From positions 1-32,113 of the forward strand of contig CAZWYU010000019.1 in NCBI GenBank assembly GCA_964638595.1: a stretch of 32,113 bases of DNA, written 5' to 3'. Every line of letters begins with the position of its first letter. Positions within the stretch are counted from its first letter, which is position 1. Made by a program: the position numbers and the translations under genes. Positions 16,766-26,230 of the stretch are shown here, piece after piece. Under the pieces are notes generated by a model. It worked only from the letters and a program-made list of their open reading frames with translations. It made no database searches and had not been told where the DNA came from. The DNA is from an uncultured Candidatus Saccharibacteria bacterium. Lineage in GTDB: Bacteria; Patescibacteriota; Minisyncoccia; Minisyncoccales; PEYH01.

Positions 16766-18307
16766 ATGTTTGAAAATAATATTACTTTTTTAGGAAAAAC
16801 TAACTTTCGCAATATTCAAAAACAATTTGGAGTCAAACTTGATGACCGAAGAAAACATATTTATATTATTGGCAAGACTGGTATGGGAAAGTCCACTTTG
16901 TTGGCTAATATGGCTGCGCAAGATATTCGTGATGGTTTTGGAGTAGCTTTTATAGACCCTCATGGCGAGCAAGCAGAAGAACTTTTGGAATATGTGCCAA
17001 AAGAAAGAATAGATGATGTTATTTATTTTAACCCAGCCGACATTGCTTGGCCAATTGGTTTTAATATAATGGAAGTTAAAGATCCGGAAATGAGGCATCT
17101 TGTTGCCTCTGGCTTAATGGGTGTTTTTAAAAAAATCTGGCCAGACGTCTGGTCTGCTAGAATGGAATATATTTTAAATAATTCTATTTTAGCTCTTTTG
17201 GAATATCCCGGTTCTACTCTTTTAGGAATAAACCGCATGCTAGCTGATGTTGATTATAGAAAGGAAGTCGTTGACCATGTAAATGACCCGGTTGTCAAAT
17301 CTTTTTGGACTCAAGAATATGCGCGGTATAGCCAAAGATATGAGGTGGAAGCAGCAGCCGCTATTCAAAATAAAATTGGTCAGTTTATCTCTAATCCCTT
17401 AATCAGAAACATTATTGGTCAAGTAAATTCTACTGTTGATATGCGAGAGATTATGGATGAGCAAAAGATTCTAATAGTTAATCTTTCTAAAGGAAGAGTA
17501 GGAGAAGCCAATTCTATGCTTTTGGGAGCGTTGGTGATTACCAAACTTTATCTGGCTGCAATGTCTAGAGTAGAAATTAAAGAGCAAGAGAGAAAAGATT
17601 TCTTCCTTTATGTTGATGAATTTCAAAATTTTGCTACAGAATCTTTTGCTAATATTTTATCTGAAGCCAGAAAATATCGATTGAGTTTAGTAATGGCTCA
17701 TCAGTATATCACCCAAATGGAAGATACGGTCAGAGATGCGGTTTTTGGCAATGCCGGCACTCTAATTAGCTTTAGGGTAGGGGCTGAAGACGGTGAATTC
17801 TTGGAAAAAGAGTTTGCTCCAGCTTTTGCAGTCGGCGATTTAGTGAATCTTCCTAAATATAATATTTATATTAAACTTATGATAGACGGGGTGGCAGGTC
17901 GCCCTTTTTCTGCAGAAACCTTGCCTTCTTTGTTAAAAGAAGAAAAACCCTATACTCAGGAAATTATTGATTTTTCTAGAAAAAAATATGCAGTGTCCAA
18001 ACCTGAAATAGAAGAAAAAATTTCTTCTTGGTCTCAATTTAAAATATCTTCTTCTAATAGTTGGAAAAAAACAAAAAATAATTCAAGAAAAACTAACTTT
18101 CAACATTCAGCTAACACTAAAAAGACTTTTAATAAAAAACCGGTTTCTTTTTATCCTTCTAAGTCTTGGCACAATAAAGTTTCTAAAATCAAGGATAGAG
18201 TTGATGTTGAGAGTTTAAAGGAGGCGATAGAGGGAGCGCTTCGGGATAGCAAACAAAACAAACAATCTGGTCAATTAAGACCCGGCGAAAAAGTTAACTT
18301 TGATTGA
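16766..18307 (+). CDS. VirD4/TraD/TrwB-like (FtsK-HerA superfamily) P-loop ATPase lacking TM segments, with a Lys/Ser/Asn-rich tail
   Basis: It has Walker A GKTGMGKST and Walker B FFLYVDEFQNF, plus ARKYRLSLVMAHQY. This overall pattern is seen in type IV coupling-protein NTPase domains. Residues ~430-513 are low complexity. Confidence 0.7.
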   Translation: MFENNITFLGKTNFRNIQKQFGVKLDDRRKHIYIIGKTGMGKSTLLANMAAQDIRDGFGVAFIDPHGEQAEELLEYVPKERIDDVIYFNPADIAWPIGFNIMEVKDPEMRHLVASGLMGVFKKIWPDVWSARMEYILNNSILALLEYPGSTLLGINRMLADVDYRKEVVDHVNDPVVKSFWTQEYARYSQRYEVEAAAAIQNKIGQFISNPLIRNIIGQVNSTVDMREIMDEQKILIVNLSKGRVGEANSMLLGALVITKLYLAAMSRVEIKEQERKDFFLYVDEFQNFATESFANILSEARKYRLSLVMAHQYITQMEDTVRDAVFGNAGTLISFRVGAEDGEFLEKEFAPAFAVGDLVNLPKYNIYIKLMIDGVAGRPFSAETLPSLLKEEKPYTQEIIDFSRKKYAVSKPEIEEKISSWSQFKISSSNSWKKTKNNSRKTNFQHSANTKKTFNKKPVSFYPSKSWHNKVSKIKDRVDVESLKEAIEGALRDSKQNKQSGQLRPGEKVNFD

Positions 18308-18327
18308 TAAATAAAAAAAGCTATAAT
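18300..18327 (+). promoter_or_regulatory. Sigma-70 promoter (TTGATT-16 nt-TATAAT) placed 8 nt before the pgk ATG
   Basis: TTGATT is at 18300-18305, TATAAT at 18322-18327 and the ATG at 18336. Confidence 0.6.
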
Positions 18328-18335
18328 TGATAAAG

Positions 18336-19499
18336 ATGTTAAAAGATATAAAAGAAGAACAACTTTATAATAAAAGAGTTTTAGTTAGAGTTGATTATAA
18401 TGTGCCAATGGATAAAGATGGCCAAGTTTTAGATGATTTTAGAATTGTCAAAACTTTACCTACTTTGAAACATTTAATTGAAGAAGGAGCAAAAATAATT
18501 TTGATAAGCCACATCGGCAGGCCAAAAGAAGGAGAAAAATTGAGCTTACATAGCGCAGGTCAAAGATTAGGCGAATTATTGGGTCAGGATATTATTTTTG
18601 TTAAGGATTGTTTGGGCAAGGCATCTAAAAAAGCAGTAGAGAATATGCAACCCAAAGAAATAGTTCTTTTGGAAAATGTTAGGTTTTATTCTCAAGAGAC
18701 AAACAATGATGAGGAGTTTGCCAGAGAACTCGCTTCTTTAGGAGAATTCTATGTTAATGATGCTTTTTCAATTTCGCATCGGGAGCATGCTTCAATGGTA
18801 GGTATTCCAAAATTTTTGCCTAGTGTGGCTGGACTTTTGTTAAAAGAAGAGATAACCACATTGGATTCTATTTTGGAAAGGCCAAAAAGACCTTTAGTGG
18901 CTATTTTGGGCGGGGCTAAGTTAGAAACAAAACTTCCTTGTATTTTAAGACTGTTAGAATTGGCTGACCATGTCTTGATAGGGGGAATGCTGGCTCCGGT
19001 TATTTTAGCAATAAAAAAGATTTCTTTGAGCAGTGCTCATTTTGATAAAGAATTAGAGAAAAAAGTTTTAGATATAAAACTTACTAATCCTAAACTTCAT
19101 TTGCCAATTGATGCCTTGGTTGGTTTAAAAAATTTGGAGAAAGAATATTTGAGACAGTCGGCCGTTGGCAAAATAAGACAAGAAGAGCAGATGTTTGATA
19201 TAGGGCCAGAAACAGTAAGAATGTTTTCTGATGTGATAGAAGAAGCAGGCACTATTATTTGGAATGGTCCGTTGGGTTATACTGAAGATGAAAGATTTTC
19301 TACCAGCACCTTATCTTTGGCAAGTAGTATTTTAAGAAATCCTGCCTTTTCTGTAGTCGGGGGAGGAGACACAGTTTCTTTTTTGGCGAAAAATAATTTA
19401 AGAGATAAATTTGGTTATACATCTACCGGTGGCGGAGCAATGCTTGAATATTTAAGTGGCAAAAAATTGCCGGGAATAAAAGCCATAGAAAATGAGTAA
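18336..19499 (+). CDS. pgk: Phosphoglycerate kinase
   Basis: It has RVDYNVP, SHIGRPKEG and STGGGAMLEYL motifs. The ORF track start at 18327 is a TTG; the ATG at 18336 fits the promoter geometry. Confidence 0.92.
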   Translation: MLKDIKEEQLYNKRVLVRVDYNVPMDKDGQVLDDFRIVKTLPTLKHLIEEGAKIILISHIGRPKEGEKLSLHSAGQRLGELLGQDIIFVKDCLGKASKKAVENMQPKEIVLLENVRFYSQETNNDEEFARELASLGEFYVNDAFSISHREHASMVGIPKFLPSVAGLLLKEEITTLDSILERPKRPLVAILGGAKLETKLPCILRLLELADHVLIGGMLAPVILAIKKISLSSAHFDKELEKKVLDIKLTNPKLHLPIDALVGLKNLEKEYLRQSAVGKIRQEEQMFDIGPETVRMFSDVIEEAGTIIWNGPLGYTEDERFSTSTLSLASSILRNPAFSVVGGGDTVSFLAKNNLRDKFGYTSTGGGAMLEYLSGKKLPGIKAIENE

Positions 19500-20664
19500 A
19501 TATTTAAAGAATTTAGCCAAAGTAGCCCAAAGGGTTAAGACGGCGGCTAAAAAAAGTGAACCAGTAATCATTTTTGGAGATTCAGACCTTGATGGAATTG
19601 CTTCAGTTGTTATTTTAAAAGAACTTTTAGAGTATCTTAATCCTCTGTATGGCGGTGAGCAGGTTAATGTTTATTTTGCCGATAGAGAAATTGAGGGTTA
19701 TGGTTTAACTCATAGTTGTTTAGATTATATAAAGCAGTTTGCTCCGGCGTTGCTTTTTGTTTTGGATTCCGGTATTTCTAATTTTGAAGAAATAAAGAGA
19801 GCAAAAAAATTAGGTTTTGAAGTTATTATCATAGACCATCATAAGATTATAGATAAATTACCTCAAGCAAGTTTGATAATTGACCCTAAACAAAAAAAAG
19901 ATACTTATCCTTTTAAAGAAATGGCTGCCGCAGGTTTAGTTTATAAATTGGCAGAATTTATTTTGTCAAAAAATAAACAGCCTGCATTTATTAGAGATAA
20001 ATTTTTAGAATTAGCAGCGCTGGCTACAATCTCTGATATGATGCCCCAAGAAGAAGACAACAAAGAAATTATTGACAATGGTTTGAGGGTTCTTTTAGAA
20101 ACCCAAAGACCAGCATTTTTGGCTTTAGCCCAAATAGGAGATGTTGACCTTGGTTCAGAGCTTGATATTTCAGAAAAAATTATTGCTCCCTTAAACAGTT
20201 TTACAATTAAAAATCATATTTCTGAAAGCTATTCTTTGTTAGTTGAAGATTCTTTTAGTAAAGCTAAAAAATTAGCTCAAAAATTAGTTCGGCAAAGAAA
20301 TTATAAAAAACAGGCAATTAAACTTTTTTTTAATGAATTAAAACAAGAAGTTGAAAAGGAAACTTCAAATTGTATAGTAAAGCACAGCAAGGCTTGGCCA
20401 GCTGCTTATTTGGGGACTATTAGTTCAAAAGTTTTAAAAATTTCCAATAAGCCAGTTTTTATCTGTAAAGAGGCCGTAAACCAAGAATGTATTTGTTCTG
20501 GACGTTTACCCAAAGGGCTAGATGGGGTTCAAGCAATGGCACATTGTAAAAAATATTTAATTACTTATGGGGGACACCCTCCGGCTTGCGGTTGCAGATT
20601 AAAGTTAAAAGATTTTGACAAGTTTTCTTCTTGTCTAGAAAATTATTTTAAAAAAAATGGATAA
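19492..20664 (+). CDS. DHH/DHHA1-family phosphoesterase (short RecJ-like or NrnA-like)
   Basis: It has FGDSDLDGIAS, IIIDHHK (DHH) and GGHPPACG (DHHA1) motifs. Its start overlaps the pgk stop. Confidence 0.75.
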   Translation: MSKYLKNLAKVAQRVKTAAKKSEPVIIFGDSDLDGIASVVILKELLEYLNPLYGGEQVNVYFADREIEGYGLTHSCLDYIKQFAPALLFVLDSGISNFEEIKRAKKLGFEVIIIDHHKIIDKLPQASLIIDPKQKKDTYPFKEMAAAGLVYKLAEFILSKNKQPAFIRDKFLELAALATISDMMPQEEDNKEIIDNGLRVLLETQRPAFLALAQIGDVDLGSELDISEKIIAPLNSFTIKNHISESYSLLVEDSFSKAKKLAQKLVRQRNYKKQAIKLFFNELKQEVEKETSNCIVKHSKAWPAAYLGTISSKVLKISNKPVFICKEAVNQECICSGRLPKGLDGVQAMAHCKKYLITYGGHPPACGCRLKLKDFDKFSSCLENYFKKNG

Positions 20665-21085
20665 AAGCATAATATATACAGATGGAGCTTCCAGGGGCAA
20701 CCCTGGTCCAAGCTCTTTAGGAGTTGTATTTTGTGATTCTAGGGGCGTTGTTTTAAAACAATATTCAGAAAAAATAGAAAACACTACAAACAATGTAGCA
20801 GAATATGAAGCAGTTATTTTTGCATTAAAAAAAGCAAAAGCTCTTTATGGAAAAAAGAAAGACTATCAAGTTATTATTAGATCTGATTCTAAACTTTTAG
20901 TTTCACAATTAAATGGACAATTTAAGGTAAAAGACGAAAATATACAAAAATTATTTGTAAAAGTCTGGAATCTTATGATAGACTTTAAACAAGTGATTTT
21001 TGAATTAATTCCAAGAGAAAAGAATAGGTTAGCAGACAAGTTAGCTAACGAAGCCCTAGATAGAGATAGTCAAAAATTGCTTTAG
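20657..21085 (+). CDS. rnhA: Ribonuclease HI-family protein (type 1 RNase H fold)
   Basis: It has IYTDGASRGNPGPSSLG, NNVAEYEAVIFAL and SDSKLLVSQLNG motifs. Its start overlaps the upstream stop. Confidence 0.8.
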   Translation: MDKSIIYTDGASRGNPGPSSLGVVFCDSRGVVLKQYSEKIENTTNNVAEYEAVIFALKKAKALYGKKKDYQVIIRSDSKLLVSQLNGQFKVKDENIQKLFVKVWNLMIDFKQVIFELIPREKNRLADKLANEALDRDSQKLL

Positions 21086-21105
21086 TTCTTTTTAAAAAGG
21101 AGGTT

Positions 21106-21687
21106 ATGTTGGAAAACTCAATAGGACTTAGAATGAAACAGGCCATTGAAGAGATTGGTAAAGAATCTTTCTGTTTTATTAAAAAACATGATATTAGTAT
21201 GGCTCAAACTTGTATTTTTTCAAGGGACAGAAATGCTTGGTTTAAACCCTTAGTTGAACATCGGAAAGTAAATTCTTATCTTCATAGCACTATTAATGAA
21301 ACAGCTAAAAAAGCGGCCTTGATTACAGAGGGACAAGGAGGAGAACTGTATGTAGGTGGAATTGATAAAGAGGAGCTCTATCTTTTTTGGCATTTATTAG
21401 CTTTGGTGATGTTGCCCATATATTTTTCGTGCGGAGCTAACTGGCTGAAAATTTCTGCTGATGTGGTGGAAGGAGAATTATCTCAATTATCCGAAAATTA
21501 TGTGAGCAATCCGGTCGGACTTTATTCTGATTTTATGAAAGAACTTTCTCAAGCAGAGGGAAAAAAGCAGAAGAGAGCACTCAAGTTTTTGTTAAGAGAT
21601 TCGGGATTTTCTCCTGCAGAAACAATTCTTTTTGATTTGATAGCCTATCTTTTTTTGAAACTTTTTCCTTGTCGTTTTGAAGGTTAA
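21106..21687 (+). CDS. Hypothetical protein, last gene of the pgk-DHH-RNase H cluster
   Basis: The ORF is preceded by AAAGGAGGTT, one of the few clear SD sites in the window. I recognise no family motif. Confidence 0.55.
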   Translation: MLENSIGLRMKQAIEEIGKESFCFIKKHDISMAQTCIFSRDRNAWFKPLVEHRKVNSYLHSTINETAKKAALITEGQGGELYVGGIDKEELYLFWHLLALVMLPIYFSCGANWLKISADVVEGELSQLSENYVSNPVGLYSDFMKELSQAEGKKQKRALKFLLRDSGFSPAETILFDLIAYLFLKLFPCRFEG

Positions 21688-21695
21688 AGTTATTT

Positions 21696-21725
21696 GGCAG
21701 GGCAATTTATCGCCCTGCTTTTATT
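21696..21725. terminator. Intrinsic terminator hairpin shared by convergent transcripts (hypothetical gene on +, rnpB on -)
   Basis: The stem GCAGGGC/GCCCTGC is followed by TTTTATTT on the + strand. Confidence 0.55.
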
Positions 21726-21801
21726 TAACGATTTTGTGTTTCCCCGGGGTTGTGCTAGGGGTATAAGCGCAGAGGGGTAAATCACAAAGGGAAATAAAAA
21801 A

Positions 21802-22161
21802 TGCCCAAGTAAGCAATAAGCCGAATTCTGTTTTGGGCAATCATCTATCTAGCCCCTCGATTACTCTCGGGGTCATGCGAGCTACTATGTTTGCTCTTGC
21901 ACCTGGGCAAGGATTTAGCCGTTTCACTCTCTGCTTTTACAGAGATTCACCCCTAAGGGTGCCTTTGGCTTTCGCCTAGGGCGTCACTGTTCGCACCTCT
22001 ATCGTCACCGACGACGGGCGTTACCCGCTACCTGTGTCAAAAAAGACTAGGTGTTCGGACTTTCCTCCCCCCACCTAATTTTTTACTTGTTTCGCAATAT
22101 TTTGTACCAAGGACACAAGTGAAAAATTAGGTGGGGGGCGATTGCCTTACTTACTTGGGCA
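21802..22161 (-). ncRNA. rnpB: RNase P RNA, bacterial type A
   Basis: The minus strand contains GGAGGAAAGTCCGAACAC (CR-I), ACAGAATTCGGCTTAT (CR-V), GGGTAACGCCC and GAGCAAAC. P1 pairs TGCCCAAGTAAG with CTTACTTGGGCA. P2 pairs GGCAATC with GATTGCC. There is a long P3 hairpin. Confidence 0.9.
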
Positions 22162-22166
22162 TAGTT

Positions 22167-22194
22167 ATTATAAATCAATATTGAAATTTGTCAA
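22167..22194 (-). promoter_or_regulatory. Sigma-70 promoter for rnpB (TTGACA-16 nt-TATAAT on the minus strand)
   Basis: On the + strand, TGTCAA is at 22189-22194 and ATTATA at 22167-22172. The predicted start falls at about 22160-22161, which is the start of P1. Confidence 0.65.
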
Positions 22195-22326
22195 TAAAAT
22201 ATGCTGGTTTATATGATATTACCCACTCAAGAGGGTTAATACAACTATGAAAGAAAGATATTATGGTATTCATTTATGCTCCCCTTGTGCTCGGTTTGAC
22301 CTAGCGCAAAAAAACAGGGGCAAAAA

Positions 22327-22536
22327 TTAGCCCCTGTATAGAACTTGGATGTACCAATAATATGGGTCTAATATGGTAGACCTGCCTTTTCTACAACCAA
22401 AGTTTACTGAAAGGATAGCAGGAAACTCTTCTGCTATCAATTGATTAAAGCTTTTTAATAGCTTTTGTTTAGCAAGCTCATAATTAAACTCGCCATTTGA
22501 ATCATTAAATTCTGCGTTTTCTTTGAATAAACGAAT
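22327..22536 (-). pseudogene. Possible 3' remnant of a gene (69 open codons with no plausible start), with its own terminator
   Basis: The minus frame is open from just after an in-frame TAA and reads IRLFKENAEFNDSNGEFNYELAKQKLLKSFNQLIAEEFPAILSVNFGCRKGRSTILDPYYWYIQVLYRG*. The stop sits in the loop of the hairpin CAGGGG/CCCCTG (22315-22336), which is followed by a T-run on the minus strand. Confidence 0.3.
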
Positions 22537-22736
22537 TTATGTCTTAAATCTGGACACATCTCATTAGTAATATATTAATATTTTAACAGATTAAAAAGAA
22601 TTATCAGTTATTATATACTAGATAAATACACTATCTCTTTTATGCTTTCCCGGGAGGAGCACAAAAGGGGAGCACAAAATTTAACCCGAGGAAACAAAAG
22701 CCCAAAATAAAGTTTTAAAGACAAGTTTTTAATTTA

Positions 22737-22745
22737 TGATATAAT
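22737..22745 (+). promoter_or_regulatory. Extended -10 element (TGaTATAAT) placed 6 nt before the murJ ATG
   Basis: TG is at 22737-22738, TATAAT at 22740-22745 and the ATG at 22752. Confidence 0.5.
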
Positions 22746-22751
22746 AATCAA

Positions 22752-24437
22752 ATGATTAAAAGAGTTTTTCAGAAAACAACCAATTCTATTACAGCAGCTG
22801 CTTATGTTTTAGCGGTTTCCAGTTTTGTTAGTGCATTGTTAGGACTTTTAAGAGACCGTTTATTGGCTGGCCGATTTGGAGCAGGAGAGAATTTGGATAT
22901 TTATTATGCTGCTTTTAGAATTCCAAATTTAGTTTATGGCTTACTGGTTTCTGGGGGAATTATTGCCGCTTTTTTGCCGGTTTTTTCTGAATATTTTAAT
23001 AAGGACAAAAAGAAAGCTTGGGACCTAACAAGCAATAGCTTGAATATTTTTTTGTTTTTTTCTATTTTAATTTGCGGTCTTCTTTTTATATTTACTCCTT
23101 ATTTAATAAAATTTGTTGTTCCGGGATTTAGTTTAGAAAATAAAGAGTTGACAGTTATGTTAACTAGGATTATGTTTTTAAGCCCTATATTTTTTGGGGT
23201 TTCAAATATTTTTGCTTCTATTCTTCAATATTTTAATCATTTTATTGTTTTTGCTCTTTCGCCAATTTTCTATAATTTAGGAATTATTTTCGGCATTTTG
23301 TTCTTGGCTCCGCGTTTTGGAATCAAAGGTCTTGCTTTTGGCGTTGTTCTAGGGGCCTTGCTCCATTGGCTAATACAGATTCCTTCCGCTATTATAAATG
23401 GTTTTAAGTATAAGCCAATTTTTAATTTGCGCTCAACAGGTCTTAAGAAAATCGTTTATCTAATGGTACCCAGAACAGTAAGTGCTTTTGCCAGCCAATT
23501 AAATTTAATTGTAATAACAGCTATTGCTTCAACAATTGGAGTTGGTAACATTTCTATTTTTAACTTTGCCGAGCATTTAAGAGTTATGCCTATTCATATT
23601 ATCGGCGGTTCATTTGCTGTTGCTTCTTATCCCTTTTTAGCTCGCGCATGGGCTAGTGGAGAGCAAAAAAATTTTTTATCTAGCATTTCGGTTACTTTCC
23701 GCCAAACTTTATTTTTATCAATTCCGATAAGCTTTCTTTTGTTTTTATTGAGAGGACAATTGGTGAGAATTTTACTGGGAACTGGCAAGTTTGACTGGGT
23801 AGCCACTCGGCTTACCGCTGCTTCTTTGGGATTTTTTGTGCTTGGTATTTTTGCATTTTGTTTAATTCCTTTTTTGGCTCGCATTTTTTATTCTCTTCAA
23901 AATACTAAAACACCGCTTTTAACTAGCTTAATTAGTTTGCCGGTGGCCATAGGTTTTGCTTTTCTTTTTGTTCATCTTTTCAGTTTTGATAACGTATTTT
24001 ATCATTTTTTTGCTAAATTTTTAAATATAGCTGATATTGAAAATATTAGCGTAATTGGTTTACCCTTAGCTGTTTCTCTGACTGGAATTCTTGAAGCTTC
24101 TATGCTTTTATTCTTATTAAAGAGAAAAATTAGCAGCTTTCCCCTAAAAGAAATTTTTTCTTCTTTTAATAAGATATTAATAGCTTCTCTTTTAATGTCT
24201 TTATTCGTTTATCTTTCCCTTTGTTTGATAGATGATTTTGTTAATGTTTTAACGGTTAAGGGGGTTCTAATTCAGTCAGTAACTGCTACGCTTATCGGTT
24301 TTTTGTCTTTTTGGCTTTTTGGTTATCTTTTAAAAATTAAGGAACTTAAAAGTTTTCAGATTAAAGCTTGCTCAATTCTTAAAAAAAGGAAGATTAAATT
24401 ACCGGTTGATGATTATGAACAAGAAAATATTAGGTGA
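22752..24437 (+). CDS. murJ: Lipid II flippase MurJ (MviN family)
   Basis: It has LGLLRDRLLAGRFGAGENLDIYYAAFRIPNL and about 14 TM segments. Confidence 0.88.
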   Translation: MIKRVFQKTTNSITAAAYVLAVSSFVSALLGLLRDRLLAGRFGAGENLDIYYAAFRIPNLVYGLLVSGGIIAAFLPVFSEYFNKDKKKAWDLTSNSLNIFLFFSILICGLLFIFTPYLIKFVVPGFSLENKELTVMLTRIMFLSPIFFGVSNIFASILQYFNHFIVFALSPIFYNLGIIFGILFLAPRFGIKGLAFGVVLGALLHWLIQIPSAIINGFKYKPIFNLRSTGLKKIVYLMVPRTVSAFASQLNLIVITAIASTIGVGNISIFNFAEHLRVMPIHIIGGSFAVASYPFLARAWASGEQKNFLSSISVTFRQTLFLSIPISFLLFLLRGQLVRILLGTGKFDWVATRLTAASLGFFVLGIFAFCLIPFLARIFYSLQNTKTPLLTSLISLPVAIGFAFLFVHLFSFDNVFYHFFAKFLNIADIENISVIGLPLAVSLTGILEASMLLFLLKRKISSFPLKEIFSSFNKILIASLLMSLFVYLSLCLIDDFVNVLTVKGVLIQSVTATLIGFLSFWLFGYLLKIKELKSFQIKACSILKKRKIKLPVDDYEQENIR

Positions 24438-26205
24438 AAATATACGCAATTTTTGTATTATTTCCCACATTGACCACGGTAAGTCCACTTTGGCTGACCG
24501 TTTTTTGGAATTAACTTCAACTGTTGAAAATAAGAAGATGAAGCCACAATTTTTAGATATGATGGATTTAGAAAGGGAGAGGGGAATTACTATAAAGCTT
24601 CAGCCAGTAAGGATGTTTTACAAGGGTCATATCTTAAATATGATTGATACTCCAGGGCATGTTGATTTTTCTTATGAAGTTTCTAGGAGCTTGGCAGCTA
24701 TTGAAGGAGCTATTCTTTTGGTTGATGCCTCTAAGGGTATTCAAGCTCAAACCTTATCTAATTTAGAATTGGCCAAGAAACAAAATGTTAAGTTAATCCC
24801 TGTAGTTAATAAAGTTGATTTGCTAGAAGAAAGAAGTGCCGGTTTGACTATTTCCTATGAGAAACTAAATGAAGTCATCAAGGAAACGGCTAAAGTTTCA
24901 GGAGTAAGAGAAGAAGATGTGCTTCAAATATCTGCCAAGAAAGGCCTTAATATTGAAGAGGTTTTAAAAACAGTGATTGAAAAAGTTCAACCTCCGCTTA
25001 ATGCTTCGGATACTAAGGCTTTAATTTTTGACTTTCAATATGACAATTACAAAGGAGTAGTTGCTTTTGTGAGAGTTTTTGGCGGACAATTTTTAAAGGG
25101 TCAAGAAGTATTGCTTTTGAACTCAAAAGCTAAAGGCAAAATAAAAGAATTGGGCTATTTTAGTCCCGAGCTTACACCTAAAAACAGTTTAGAAGCGGGA
25201 GAAATTGGCTATTTAGTTTTGGGTATTAAAGAATCGGAGAAAGTGAAGATAGGTGATACTGTCGCTTTAAAAAATGTTAAGCCCTTACCCGGCTATAAAG
25301 AACCAAAACCAGTTATTTTTATGGGATTGTTTCCAGATGATACTAATAATTGGAATCTATTAAGAGAAGCGCTTATTAAGCTTAAATTGAACGATCCGGC
25401 TTTAAGTCTTAGGCCAGAGGCAAAATCTTCTTTAGGCAGAGGTTTTCTCTGCGGTTTTTTAGGCCTGCTTCATGCCGAAATTGTTGTTGAACGCCTAAAG
25501 AGAGAATATAATTTAAGGCTAATGACTTCTGCTCCTTCTATTTGTTATAGAGTCACTGACAATAATAATGAAGAACGGCTTGTTTGTTCAGTTTTAGACT
25601 GGCCAGAGGAATATAAAGATATAAAAGAACAAATCTGCGCTCTAAATATTATTGTTCCCAAGGAACATCTAAGTTCTGTTTTAACTCTTTTAGAAGGGAA
25701 GAGTTTTGAAATCAAGACATTGGGCATAGACAAAGATATTCTAAGGGTAAAAATGCCTTTTCGTGAAATTATGAGTAATTTTTATGATAAATTAAAAAGC
25801 GCCACCAAGGGTTTTGCTTCTATGGATTATGAAGTTATTGGTTTTCAAAAAGCCAATGTAGTAAAACTTGAAATTCTAATAGCTGGAAAAGAGGAAGAAG
25901 TTTTTTCTTCAATTGTTTTGAAAGATGAAGCCTATAATAAAGGCAAGACGATGGTTGAGAAGTTAGAAAAAAATTTCCCTCCTCAGCTTTTTGACGTGCC
26001 TATTCAGGCTAGAGTGGGTGGAAATATTATCGTCAGAAGAACAATAAGGGCTAAAAGAAAAGATGTAACCGCTGGGCTTTACGGCGGTGATTATACCAGA
26101 AAGAAAAAACTTTTAAAAAAACAGAGAAAGGGCAAAAAAAAGCTAGAAGAATCAGCTAAAATCAAAATACCACAGGAAGTGGTTTGGAAAATATTTAAAA
26201 CTTAG
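24409..26205 (+). CDS. lepA: Translation elongation factor 4 (LepA)
   Basis: It has NFCIISHIDHGKSTLADR, DTPGHVDF and NKVDL G-motifs, plus a LepA C-terminal region. Candidate starts are TTG 24406, ATG 24409 and ATG 24415. It overlaps the end of murJ. Confidence 0.92.
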   Translation: MIMNKKILGENIRNFCIISHIDHGKSTLADRFLELTSTVENKKMKPQFLDMMDLERERGITIKLQPVRMFYKGHILNMIDTPGHVDFSYEVSRSLAAIEGAILLVDASKGIQAQTLSNLELAKKQNVKLIPVVNKVDLLEERSAGLTISYEKLNEVIKETAKVSGVREEDVLQISAKKGLNIEEVLKTVIEKVQPPLNASDTKALIFDFQYDNYKGVVAFVRVFGGQFLKGQEVLLLNSKAKGKIKELGYFSPELTPKNSLEAGEIGYLVLGIKESEKVKIGDTVALKNVKPLPGYKEPKPVIFMGLFPDDTNNWNLLREALIKLKLNDPALSLRPEAKSSLGRGFLCGFLGLLHAEIVVERLKREYNLRLMTSAPSICYRVTDNNNEERLVCSVLDWPEEYKDIKEQICALNIIVPKEHLSSVLTLLEGKSFEIKTLGIDKDILRVKMPFREIMSNFYDKLKSATKGFASMDYEVIGFQKANVVKLEILIAGKEEEVFSSIVLKDEAYNKGKTMVEKLEKNFPPQLFDVPIQARVGGNIIVRRTIRAKRKDVTAGLYGGDYTRKKKLLKKQRKGKKKLEESAKIKIPQEVVWKIFKT

Positions 26206-26230
26206 TTGCTCAAAGCTTTATTTTAAGGTA

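Noticed and set aside
22200-22290. Short + strand ORFs (12 and 27 codons) in the rnpB-murJ spacer
   Set aside because: They are too short, have no RBS or promoter geometry, and have no recognisable motif.
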